From contig CM060732.1 in assembly GCA_030704615.1 (NCBI GenBank), positions 9,610,001 to 9,674,000 on the forward strand: 64,000 nt of DNA. Direction: 5' to 3'. The stretch comes from Takakia lepidozioides. Its lineage: Eukaryota; Plantae; Bryophyta. The position numbers and the translations under genes were made by a program. The notes below the pieces were generated by a model. It was not told the DNA's origin, did no database searches, and saw nothing but the letters and a program-made list of their open reading frames with translations. Positions 1 to 11,400 of this stretch are shown in pieces (the first letter of the stretch is position 1; each line of letters begins with the position of its first letter).

Positions 1-64
1 TTTGGTGACGATTCATCCCGAGATCCCTTGAATGTATGGAATCTCCATTCATTGGTTGGCCATT

Positions 65-610
65 TTAATTCAGTACTTCTATTGTATTGTATACTTCGTT
101 TTCGTTTGTTTTTTGCCGTTTGATGTTACTAGATGTTGAGCCAAAGTTGTTCGAGTTAGATTTTTGGAGCTTTTTTGTGAAGCTCATGTTATTTCCCCCC
201 ATCCACGTCATATCTTGCCCTCTCCTCCTCCAGTAATCCGACCATTCTGCAATCATATTTGCGTAATCGAATAAGAAATGGTTGTCTTCTATCAATATTG
301 AAAATTTTGCCTCCTTCAGTTCTTCGGCGAAGGTAACGCATTTGTAATTCCCGTTTTTGCCAAGGTTGGGGAATTTTGAAATACCTACGAAAATTATTAT
401 TTCCTCACAGTCCGAAGGGACGTTCCATAAGGCGCTATGGAAGTTTGAATTGGACGACAGGCGCTTCCAAGTGTTCCCGACTTTTAGGGCATGATGAACG
501 TTGGATGTGAAACTTTCATATATCGCATTTGTTATGACTTAGTGGGTTATTTCTTCAATTTGTTGATCTGTTACAGTGTCTATGGTATCGACTATTTCTG
601 ACGTTGACAT
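65..610 (-). pseudogene. Orphan ~181-codon reading frame interrupted by one stop
   Basis: ATG at 610 (MSTSEIVDTID...). The frame continues past a single TAA (539-541) through ...FSILIEDNHFLFDY... to the stop at 65. No recognised domain. Confidence 0.3.
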
Positions 611-675
611 GGTTGTTTGTATATATGGTGCAGGGTAGAGAGGGTCAATACTCTTAAGATGTTGTTTGTCGCCCG

Positions 676-678
<3 letters not shown>

Positions 679-717
<39 letters not shown>
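679..717. repeat. (AG)n microsatellite
   Basis: Uninterrupted AG dinucleotide run. Confidence 0.98.
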
Positions 718-720
<3 letters not shown>

Positions 721-1361
721 AAGTATATATCGGTGAGATTTTGAACAGTTTTACCTCTCTTTTGTGGGTCAAGCATCTTCACTATTTCGTCAAAGGTAAC
801 CTACACATCGCAACAAAAACTTGTCAACTTTGTGATAAAGACGCCAACTTGGACTTGTTGCACAGCTAAAAACTGCTAGAAGTGATCCAATGCTAGAAAG
901 GAAAAGGCAGTCACACATACAAGACCTATTCAGAATACAAGATCCATATACCTGAAAGGCAAGGAGCTGATTTCCCTTGTTGGCATGCCCTTGAAATTAA
1001 TATAAAAGGGAATCCAATGCCCAATGGGATGCTAGCACAGTCCATTCAAGTTGTATAGAAGACCCTTTGACAAAAGAAAATCTTTGAACTCAACACCTTG
1101 CTTCCATTTTGTCCCATAAGCTCTTTGAGCTTTCCACAACCGGATAGTTGACAAGTATCCATCTCAATAAGATCATCGCTTGGTCTTCAATCGCACATGT
1201 CCCAATTTTCTAAAGTATATGGATCAAGAGGCCGGGTGCAACGAGAGCCCCATCGTTCGTCACCTGCATGCAATCCATGATCTTCAATAGAGTATCTATG
1301 GCGTTGAGCTCCCACCAGCTAGACCTTGGATCACTTGTCAACTCCACCATTGTCATGCCCA

Positions 1362-2444
1362 CTACCTATGTCCAAGGCATCGTGGACACAACCATTTTCC
1401 ACTAGGAACTTCCTCAAGTGGCGGTGTCAAGCATCCCATGTGCCACCCCCTTGAGCATTTGTCACACACCAACATGGTCGCGGCACCACCAGCATGCCCA
1501 CATAGGATGCAACGCAATCCTGCAGGTACCATTGCAAGGTTGGGATCTATCCTCCCATCCACATGGGGAAGGTGACATGGCACACAATTGCGCACATGGT
1601 CCTTCCATACCATGTCATCCCGACCTTCCAGAATCAACAATCCTGAAGGCAACACCTCCTTGACCCTTAGAATCACACGCCTACTGTGACATCCAAGGTC
1701 GTTGGTGCAGTCTACTACAAGTACACATAGTCCCCAGGGTTGAATCTCCGAACACCCGGTCGATATCCTCCTCCACGTATAGTGGCATACCTCAATGTGT
1801 CTCGGTGTTGGGCAATAGCAAGGTTCTCAAAAACCATAGGCATGACTCTCTTGAACCACTCTACCCGCTGGTCACACGCTTGTGTCCACACATCCGGATC
1901 ATCAAGGTCGAGGACTATTGCAGCCTCCCTGCGAATAAATGCAGGCAAATTTGGTTCTCGGTCGAAGAGAAGAAAATAAGGTGAGAACGAGGCAAGTGAT
2001 GTTTGTTTGCTAAACCTGTAGCCCATGGCCAACCAAGGTAGCTGAAGGTCGCAATCTCCTAAATGGCCCTTCTGTAAGCCAAGCCTCTCTTGAGTGTCTG
2101 AACAACTCTCTCCGCCAAGCCATCAGCCTCGGGATGATCCCGAGAAGTAGTGCGGTGATCTATCAAGGCTTGCTTGCACAAAGCCTGAAACTCCCCCAAG
2201 AACTCTCTCTCTTGGTCCGTGAGTACCTCGGCTGGCGCACCAAATTGGTTAAGTACTCAATCTAAGAATACATACGCAGCCCCCTCACTTGCCTTGTCAG
2301 GCAATGCCACCAGTTCAATCCATTTGGAGAAATGTTCCACCATCACCAACACATATTTGTTATGGCGAATCCAACGATAGCCCAAACCCATAATGGGTAA
2401 AGGATGTAATTGTGGAGTAGGTGCGTTGAGAAAACCCGCACTCT
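1362..2444 (-). pseudogene. Ty3/gypsy integrase remnant with C-terminal PHD finger (Selgy-like)
   Basis: Integrase core NKYVLVMVEHFSKWIELVAL...FGAPAEVLTDQ..EF...HPEADGLAERVVQTLK, with stops and frameshifts. It is followed by SPYFLLF...GDYVYL and the C4HC3 finger CILCGH..MLVCDKCSRGWHMGCLTPPLEEVPSGKWLCPRC. Cut at 2445 by an LTR. Confidence 0.9.
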
Positions 2445-3424
2445 TGTTAGAGGGTTGTCTGGGACTTAGACAGTTTTACGGGTTCTGTGGGATACCCTTA
2501 GTTTTGCGCAGACCTACGGGTGGTGGACTCAGACCAACACAAGCCTTAGGGGTGACGGACATAGACCTTAGGGGTGGTGAACAGGCTCACATAGTCAGTC
2601 ACGGGCTTACATAGCCTACCATAGCCTATCACAGTCAATCACAGCCTTACACAGTCTATCACAGTCAGTCATAGCCTGACACAGTCTGACACAGGCCTAC
2701 ACAACCTATCACAGTCTATCACAGCTTGTTACGGCTTTACACAGCCTGACACAGCGTGGCACAACCCGTCACAACATTCACAGGGAACGGTTATCATTAG
2801 GAGGGAACGACTGTGTGGGAATGACATCTGTAGAGGGAACGTGCGTTCTGTCTTGGATGACAGTTAGTTAGTTAGGCGGTTAGAACAGCTTGCAGGTAGA
2901 ATAGGCAGAGTAGCGACATGGAGAGGGTCACTTCTGAGATCACTTCTTGGACATCACTTGAGGAGATCAGGCGGAGAGCACGATCTTGGAGCACAGGGAT
3001 GGCGATTACACAGAGGAGGAGATACGACGAGATGATGTTTGATTCATGCAAGCTGTAGAGATGCACTGTAGAGAAGATTAGAGACACCATGGCTTCGGCC
3101 TGATACATGATAGATATTAATATGATTCCTATTTCATATTCACACCGTATAGAGAGATATGAGTGAAGTTGTGGAATGAATGCTTGAGTAGTTGGAATAG
3201 TGGTAGATTGCAAAAGCAATCTGATACTTAATCATAGACAGTAAGGAAAATTGCTAACATGAATGCGAGAAGGAATACAAATAGGAAGCACCCCCATGAT
3301 ACACTAGTTGTAGGTCATGACTGATTGTTTTGAGCGGGCTGAGTACTTAGAGATTTCCAACTCTTCTATCTTGGAGTTTCCACCTCGGATAGCTAAGCGA
3401 TGGGTGAGTAAAAGCCGCTCGACA
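2445..3424 (+). repeat. 5' LTR of family-1 copy 1 (~980 bp)
   Basis: Starts TGTTAGAGG and ends ...CGCTCGACA, 2 nt before the PBS. Contains a CACAGCC-type simple repeat block. Confidence 0.88.
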
Positions 3425-4012
3425 TTTGGCGACCATACTGGGGAACTGAGTCAAGAACAACCAAATGTGACAGGCATCTGGTGGGATCATGGTGGATGGA
3501 GAATCAAGGAATTTGATGTGAATCAAATTCCCTGTGAAACTGAGAAAGAAAGATTGTCCAAACAATTCTTTCAGAGGTTCTTGGAATTGCCAGACGGTTG
3601 CAAGGAAAACATTCTTAAGAGAGGGCATGATGCTGATCCAGAGTGGGGTCTGGAGAAAGGAGTGATAAAGATTTATCAAGTGGCCTGTAGAGGGAGAGCA
3701 AGTTGGTTACCAACACTGGTTTATGTGATAGCGTTGCTATCCATTAAACGAGTGGAGTTTGAAAGCTGGGAGGAACAGAAGGTGAATGTTTACACTCACA
3801 TGCATGAAGAACTTGTACTGGTAAAGAATTGGATTCCTAAGGATATCTTGTGGATCAAACTTACACCAAGAACAGCTTTTCAGACGTGCTTGCCATATGG
3901 TTATATGGTAACGGAGCCTTCTAGTATAGCCAAGGGTGCATTAAAGCTTGAAAGAAATCCAGGCATATACGAGAGATACTACAGAAGAGAGTTTTGGTTA
4001 TTGCCTCATTAA
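3317..4012 (+). CDS. Extra 5' ORF (ORF1) of family-1 retrotransposon, function unknown
   Basis: 231-aa open frame preceding gag. Conserved in copies at 34059-34753 and ~56290-56990, with a diverged homolog from 48640. Confidence 0.7.
   Translation: MTDCFERAEYLEISNSSILEFPPRIAKRWVSKSRSTFGDHTGELSQEQPNVTGIWWDHGGWRIKEFDVNQIPCETEKERLSKQFFQRFLELPDGCKENILKRGHDADPEWGLEKGVIKIYQVACRGRASWLPTLVYVIALLSIKRVEFESWEEQKVNVYTHMHEELVLVKNWIPKDILWIKLTPRTAFQTCLPYGYMVTEPSSIAKGALKLERNPGIYERYYRREFWLLPH
3427..3444 (+). promoter_or_regulatory. Primer binding site, probably tRNA-Arg
   Basis: TGGCGACCATACTGGGGA directly after the LTR. It resembles the Arg-type PBS TGGCGACTCCACTGGGGA of Tat/Ogre elements. The identical 18-mer occurs at 34626, 48641 and 56857. 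Confidence 0.85.
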
Positions 4013-4032
4013 AAATATGAAAGACATGGGAC

Positions 4033-4764
4033 ATGAGTGATGAAAGGGAAGCTAGACTCCACATATATTCAGCGAAAAAGGAAAGTTATTTGAAAGCTAA
4101 TTATCCATATCTCTGGGAGAGAGGAATAGACATAGGGGAATCATCTGGACCTCTCACACCATTAAGATCAGAGAGTACATCACCCATACCGGAAGAACTA
4201 GAGTTGGATGCCACTCCTTCTTATTCTTTACAAGAAAGATTAAGGGATTTGGTACAGGAAGAATATCAGCCACGAGGGGAAAGATCTGAGGTACATCCCT
4301 GGGTTAAAGAATTGATAGAAATCTTTGATCAGAGTTGGCATGGAACACCAAGAGCAGGAACTCCAGTTTCTGAAGCACGAGACAAAGAAGGAGAGGAAGA
4401 TGTGGTAGAGCCAACGGAGAGTTCAGACTCTCCAACACCACTGCAGTTGAGTTATATGAGTGAGGAAGAAGAAATCCAAGAGAAGAACTTGGAAGATGAA
4501 AACAGAGAGAAGAATTTGGAAGATGAAGAGTATGAAGAAATAGACCCAACAGTTGAGGTTGAGACTACAACCAGGACATCCCAACATGTTGGACTTGGAT
4601 CAAGTGGAGCACTTGGATCACAGGCCAACAAAGGTGTCGGCTCAGGGGGATCAGGCGGGCAGCTTGGATCTGGCTTTGGGGGGACAGGGAGTTTGGGAAG
4701 TAGTGCAACTGGAGCTGAGGGTACTGCAAGTACAGGGGGGCTAGTAGCAAGGAGTGCTCAGGGG
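4033..4764 (+). pseudogene. gag: N-terminal acidic and Gly-rich extension of gag, truncated
   Basis: MSDEREAR...KANYPYLWERG matches 33345-34037, which leads into the gag core in copy 2. Confidence 0.8.
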
Positions 4765-5256
4765 CCCTGTCTGCGTCGCTCTCATCTGCTGAATCACATA
4801 TGTACTTTCGTACCCGTCTACCTATCTGAGCTGCTGCCAACTCTTTCCTTATCCTTCTGTCCTCCCTAGCCCTCTCCAGAATCTGCTCTACTTTACTGGG
4901 ATTCTCACTTCTTCTAATCGCTGTATTTGCGAGTTTAGCTGCATAACTAGGAAGGGAGTAGTCCCTCACCGGGCTCGTCATGAAGTCGGCCCTCGCAAAG
5001 AACGGGACATTCTTCCTGGCAGGAAGTGTAGGCCCTACATGTTTCGACCCGGACCCTGCAATCCTGCACATGACAATCATCAACGAGACTAATGAGAACC
5101 ACAGTCCGGAAATTCGTTTGACAAAAATGACCCAGAAGGCTTTGCAAACTTACAATGTTTGCACTCACTCGTATTCCGGGTTCTCCTCCGCATCAATGTC
5201 CACTGTGTCTTCCTCGGACTCCGACGAATCCGAGGAGACTTCCGCTCTGTTGGGAG
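4765..5256 (-). pseudogene. Fragment of the subfamily-B ParB-MTase gene (last two exons)
   Basis: Nearly identical to ~40604-41095 (RKNVPFFARADFMTSPVRDYSLPSYAAKLA). Interrupted at 5257 by a TIR. Confidence 0.92.
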
Positions 5257-5477
5257 GGGGGCTGCTATTTCATGAGCGGCATGAGCATGAGCGGAAAAAA
5301 AAAAAGCATGAGCAGACCATTGTGAGTCCACGGAAATAGGGTTAGGAGGCACGGAAATAGGGTCATGTGAAGTTGGAATGTGGCACCAGTGGACTTAAAA
5401 TGCAACATTTTATTGCAAATTTTGTGGCAAGCCACGTCTATACAAGTGTGTTCTAACTGTCATAGCCGGAATGGGCA

Positions 5478-8400
5478 CTACTCTCCTACACCCTCCGAGG
5501 AACTTGCCCCACCTTCTTCCTCATCCCCCTCATCCCCCTCATCCTCCGAGCTCTGTGATGCATCAGTTCCACTATGCCTCTCAAAAATCCCGTCCTCTCC
5601 TTGGGGGACTGTCCACCTCACCTCCTGGGAATCTTCTGCGTCTTCTCCCCCACTTTCCTCAGCAGAATCCAACACAAATCTACGAGCCCGACGGGCTCTA
5701 ATAGCTGCTGCCTCCTCCCTCATCTTCATTTTCTTGAGGCTTGCCTCGTCTAAAATCTGCTGTACACGACTACGTTCGGAACACCTCCTAATGGACACCG
5801 AAGCAAGCCGGGCAGCATAAGTAGGCAGGATGTACTCCCTTTCTGGACTAGGCATGAAATCTCCCCTGGCAAAAAAAGGCACGTTCCTCCTGCCCATGAA
5901 CTCCGGTGTAGACGTCCCTCCGGCAGTACTTGGCATCCTACAGTAAGAACAAATCCACTTGAAGAATGTCAATACCAGCACAACCAGAAAGGGTTTTCAA
6001 TGAAATAAGAGAGCGGAGGGAGGTGCCTCACAAAATCTGGAGGCAACTTACAATGCCACCACTCACTCGTAAACCGGGGGCTCCTCGGCCTCGATCCCAA
6101 CTTCCTCCCCCTGCTCCTTCTCGGATTTTTCCTCATCCTCCGAGGATGCCTCTTCCTCTTTCGGCAGACGTTCAGCCGCTGCAAGTTCCGAGTTGTGGAG
6201 GGCAGTATCTGGCTCGAAGGCGAACACATGCCTGTCGGACAACGTCCCTGCCCACATTGAAGCACCTGAGGAACAAAGCGGGCGGTTAATAGCTTGCGGC
6301 ATGCAATTGCAATGGGGCCAGGGGACAAACTGAGCACGTGAAGGCTTACCCGTGCCGCATGTGAGGTCCAGAATCCGCCCTTGGACATCCGAGCACGTCT
6401 CCATGAGGGTTTGGATGAAAGCAGGGCTTCGGGTCCGGCTGTACCGCCACGGTTTGCCTGTCTTTGTGTCCTTCGGCATACTAGAGTGGGGCACATAGTT
6501 GTAGAGGACATCGTAGGTTACAGGGTCCACAGCGGCATCAACAAGACGACCGTCGTTGCGGAATTTGAACGTAGACCCTCTCTTCACAAAGCAATATGCC
6601 TCAAACACCAATGTCTGCACATCCAACAAAGAAGGGATCAATTCCAGGGTCTACTTAACATACACCACAATATGAAGTGAATGCAATAGATTGATAACTT
6701 ACACTTTGGCCCTCTGTTCGCAACCCCTGCGTACTGATGCAGAACCATTTTCTGAGGAGGACCGGGGTGACACTTTTCGGTGTCCACCTTGCCACCGCAT
6801 TCTCTGTGGTCTTCCCTCTCGTGGCAAGGACAACCACACATCCACCGTCATCCAGAAGCATCCCCGCCAGCCCAAACCCGGCTTTCCAGTAGTCCTCAGT
6901 AAACCTGTTCCAGGTGGGCACACCATCCAGGCCCTCCAGCAGCTCCCCATCTGGAATGTCGAGGAGAATCATGTCGCAAGCTCTCTCCACCTCAACCCCC
7001 CCCCGAGTGCTCTTGCAATTCGTGCTCACAGCCGTGAAGAATTCCATCATGGCTTCAAAACCAGGGGTGTCTTTAGGCTCTGTACCGGCAGCCCTCTTCT
7101 TGGCTTTCCCCTTCTGCTCCGCCAGAGACTTGTTGTGTGCCACCTTCTTCGCCCTGGCAGCGAGAGCGTCAAGGAAGCTCTCATTGACGCATTGGATGAT
7201 GGTTGGAGGTTCTAGCTTTGGCCTGTGCGTAAACGTCACCGCCGAATACCGCCGTGTAGGCTCGCCCTCAAATGCCAACTTCTTGGCAGAGCCAGTCCCA
7301 CTCCGAACTGACTTGGGAACCCGGACGACCGGTGACTGGGTAGGAGCAACAGCAGTCGCAGGACCTTGAACAAAATCGGCGTCGGAGTCACTCTCTTGGG
7401 TCCCCTCCTGCGCCTCCTCCGATGCCCCGATGGTTTTCTTCTTTTTGGGTGTTACTGCAGTCACCTGTTTCCTTGTCCTTTTCCTTTGACCTTTACTCTT
7501 CTCATGCAATTTCTCCTGAATTCCTGCCTGAGCAAGCTCTGCCGCTTTCCTGGAGTTCGCAAGCGCTTTTGCCTCTTTTGCACCCAACGGAGGCAGCGGA
7601 GCCCGGTTTCGTCGGAATTCAGCATCCAGCTTCAATTGAAACTCGGATGGGTCGAGCGAGCCGGGCGGAAGGTCCACATACCAAGGGCAATCACGCAAAT
7701 GTTCCAGATGCCACTCCTTCACAATATCGTCAGTGTACATGGAGTCAGCCCCAGGGTTCCTCCATGCCAGGAAGAATGGTGGCTCGAAAGACAGATGACC
7801 TTTCTCCAAAAGCGAGAACTTACAGTACCTGCATTCATGAAAAACCCAATGAGGTCCGAAAATGGCTAAGTCCCTGAACGGCAATAGGGCCTACAACTGG
7901 AATATGGCGCCGAATTTCCACTTCAGGGCCACCCAGTCTAGGGACTTAGCCCGAAAATGGCTAAGTCCCTGGACGGCAATAGGGCCTGGAACTGGAAAAC
8001 GGCGCCGAATTTCCACTTCCGGGCCAGCCACCCTAGGGACTTAGACCAAAAATGGCTAAGTCCCTGGACGGCAATAGGGCCTAGAACTGGAAAACGGCGC
8101 CGAATTTCCAGTTCCGGGCCAGCCACCCTAGGGACTTAGACCGAAAATGGCTAAGTCCCTGGACGGCAATAGGGCCTGGAACTGGAATATGGCGCCGAAT
8201 TTCCACTTCAGGGCCAGCCAGTCTAGGGACTTAGCCCGAAAATGGCTAAGTCCCTGGACGGCAATAGGGCCTAGAACTGGAAAACGGCGCCGAATTTCCA
8301 GTTCCGGGCCAGCCACCCTAGGGACTTAGACCGAAAATGGCTAAGTCCCTGGACGGCAATAGGGCCTGGAACTGGAATATGGCGCCGAATTTCCACTTCA

Positions 8401-11400
8401 GGGCCAGCCAGTCTAGGGACTTAGCCCGAAAATGGCTAAGTCCCTGGACGGCAATAGGGCCTAGAACTGGAAAACGGCGCCGAATTTCCAGTTCCGGGCC
8501 AGCCACACTAGGGACTTAACCCGAAAATGGCTAAGTCCCTGAACGGCAATAGGCCTGGAACTGGAAAATGGCGCCGAATTTCCAGTTCCGGGCCAGCCAG
8601 TCTAGGGACTTTGCCATTTTCGGAGCCCTGACTGGAAATTCGGCGCCATTTTCCCTAACACCACTTAGGCCTCTAACATCCTGAAATGCCAGGACTTGAA
8701 AGAAAGGCAGCGCGTATGTACCTGTACAGAAGGCGCATTGCTGCTTTGTCCGCGTTCGGCTGGTCGGTGAACTCGTGGCTCCGGCGAGCATCTGCTATCT
8801 CCCGAAAGAATAGGTTGGTTTTGTAGAGCAGAAAGTACCTCGTCACATAGTCACGTAGGCTCTCTGCTGCAGGAGATATCTCCATCTTGAACTGATGTGC
8901 TTGTGTGTCCAGCTGCTCTTGCGCATTCGTCGTCACCTGTGGAGATTGTCCATCAGATCGCTTTCCTCAAAAAATACAATGAATCCACCCCCTACTAGAG
9001 TACAAGCCCCAAACGAAGCGTGGGGAAGTACCTGAAACCACCATGTCATGCGGTTCATCCACATGTCGAATGTGGGGTCAGAGAGTTTGTCCGGTTTGGG
9101 GAAGCTCCACATGTCCCTGGTACTTTGGGAACCATTCCAGATTTGGAGCCACCGGGTCTGTCCAACCACCCAGCATATTCGTAAGCGCCAAACACCACAA
9201 AAAGGAGTTGTTGCCACCACAATTTGGTTAAGAATGTATCACCTTTTCTGTTGCATCCACACAGGATGTGGCTAGACGATGGAGCTTCTCCAATGTCATC
9301 GTGGGCTTCAGAGCGCGAGAGTAGTGCTTTCCCACCTCCACCAGAAAGTCGGCACCAAGGGCGGGATCAGCTATGGCCACGTACTTTACCATCCGCGACT
9401 TGTACTTTATGCGGGCCCTCACCTCCGCAGCTTTGACATACGATTCGAGTTCCGGGAGGGTTGGATTCTTCTCCTCTGACTCCATGTAGAACCTCCGCGC
9501 ATGTGCCAAATCCTGCTGTATTTTCGTCTGTCGAAAAGCAGCACATAAGATTAGAGATCCTGCTCAACACAATTTCTTCTATTGGGGGAGGAGAGACAAA
9601 TTAGCTCAACAAAACTGCAGGAGCTTTACCCGAAATATGTAGTCCACCATGGCGTCGACGCTCAGCCTATACCAGGTTCTGTCTGCCTTTGCCTCCGACT
9701 TGCGCAGGAGGTCGGCACTGAGGGAATTGGCAAACTCTTGCACCCCCTGCTTCCCGACATCCTTCACTCGGAAGAGCATATGGGACAAGTTGGTGGCAAT
9801 GAAGGCATTCTCAGTCACCCTGCAGTGCCACATTTCCATCAAACAATACTGAAATGGGAATTTTCATCATATATGAGGATTCGCAATGAAATGACTTCCA
9901 AATTCAAAGTCCAAAAGCGAGAGGGGTTGTAGCTTACGAGTTGATGTCGGCCATTGCAGCTTTGAGAAGACTGCGATCTTTGGGCCCCGCAACCTTCAGC
10001 ACAACACAATCGACGGCGAAATGCCAATCGAGATCGTTGGGGTGGGCTTGGGCAATGTGCTCCATCCATGCCAGGAGGCGATGATTGCCGTCCCACACGT
10101 AGAACATCTTACCGGACATGTGCTGGAAAAGAGGATCACTAGCAATCGATCTCTCGAACTCCTCATTTCGCGTTTGCCAATGGGGACCCCATTTGTCCAC
10201 CTCATCGGAAGTGTGGGCACGGGAAGCTCCGTGGTCGTTCTCAATGGAAACGTAAAAGGCGGCAGACCCCATTCGATATCCATCCCGGAAAGAGAATTTC
10301 AGCTTGTCGATATCGCCTGGGAGGGCAGGTCTCACCACCTGCAATGACACCAAGCGGCAAAGGGGAATTCGAAGCTTGGCCGGGTACACCATGCCCCCCA
10401 GCACCCTGCCAATGTTGCTGTGGGTTGCCTCCAACATCTTGGCAGCGGCCAACTTCATATCCGCCTCAGACATGACGTCTGCTGCAGAGGGGTTTTCCGG
10501 CAGCCCACCAAGACCGCCAAATCCAGCCTGTATGCTCCGGGTTTGGGGCCTGGGGATGTCCGGGAGAATGTCATCCTGGTCAGAAACATCCATGTCGTCC
10601 TCCTCAACAGGGTCAGCCACCTGCGAAACCACCTCCAGCACTCTCGTCGTCTCTACTGCCCTCTCCCTGGCTTCACCTCGAACTTGCACAATCGGTGCTC
10701 TTTCAGGTGTTCTTTCCTCTCCTCCACTCTCCACCGTATGGGTAATTGCGGGGGCTGCACTTGCCCGCGATGGTCTAACCGGTGTGCTACTGCCTCTCTG
10801 TGGTGTCTTGTAGGGATCCACCGTCTCTGTGTGTCCCTCGCTTACATTGGCATCTGTCATTTGGGCACCCCTGGCCTCTTCAGCTGCCTTTTGTCTTTCC
10901 TCCTTGCTAGCATTCTGTCTCGTCTGTTCTTTTGCCCTCTCTTTTGCCCTCTCACGGGCTTTCTGTTTCTTACTAGGGCTAGCAACAGGGGAGCCCTCCA
11001 GGACGACCACCTTTGATTGAGGCGAACTGACACCCTCGCGCGCACTGCTCACTCCCCCCTCCGCAGCCCGTGACTGCTCTCTCGCCGGGGATTGCATGTG
11101 CTTAGCTTTCTTCTTTTTCTTTGCGTGGGCGGGCCCTACTGCATGTGCATGAACAACCTCCATTGCCGGATCTGCTGTCCTCATGTCCTCACGCCCTTCA
11201 CCTGCCATGCCGCCTGCACCAACCTCCCCAATGCCTACTCTATCGTAATCTCGTTGCAAGTCCTCCCGTCCACCAACAAAAGATTTAAGTTTGCCCTCTC
11301 GCCCCAAGTTGGGCGATTCAAACATGCGATGAGTTGGAGCTGTCGATGATACCACCAGCGTGCCGGGCTCGTCGTCACTCTGTGATTGACAAAAATCGTG

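Larger units (their letters stand above)
2445..4764 (+). mobile_element. Truncated family-1 Ty3/gypsy retrotransposon, copy 1 (5' LTR, PBS, ORF1, start of gag)
   Basis: Homologous to the reverse complement of ~33310-35655. Ends abruptly at ~4764, where unrelated sequence begins. Confidence 0.9.
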
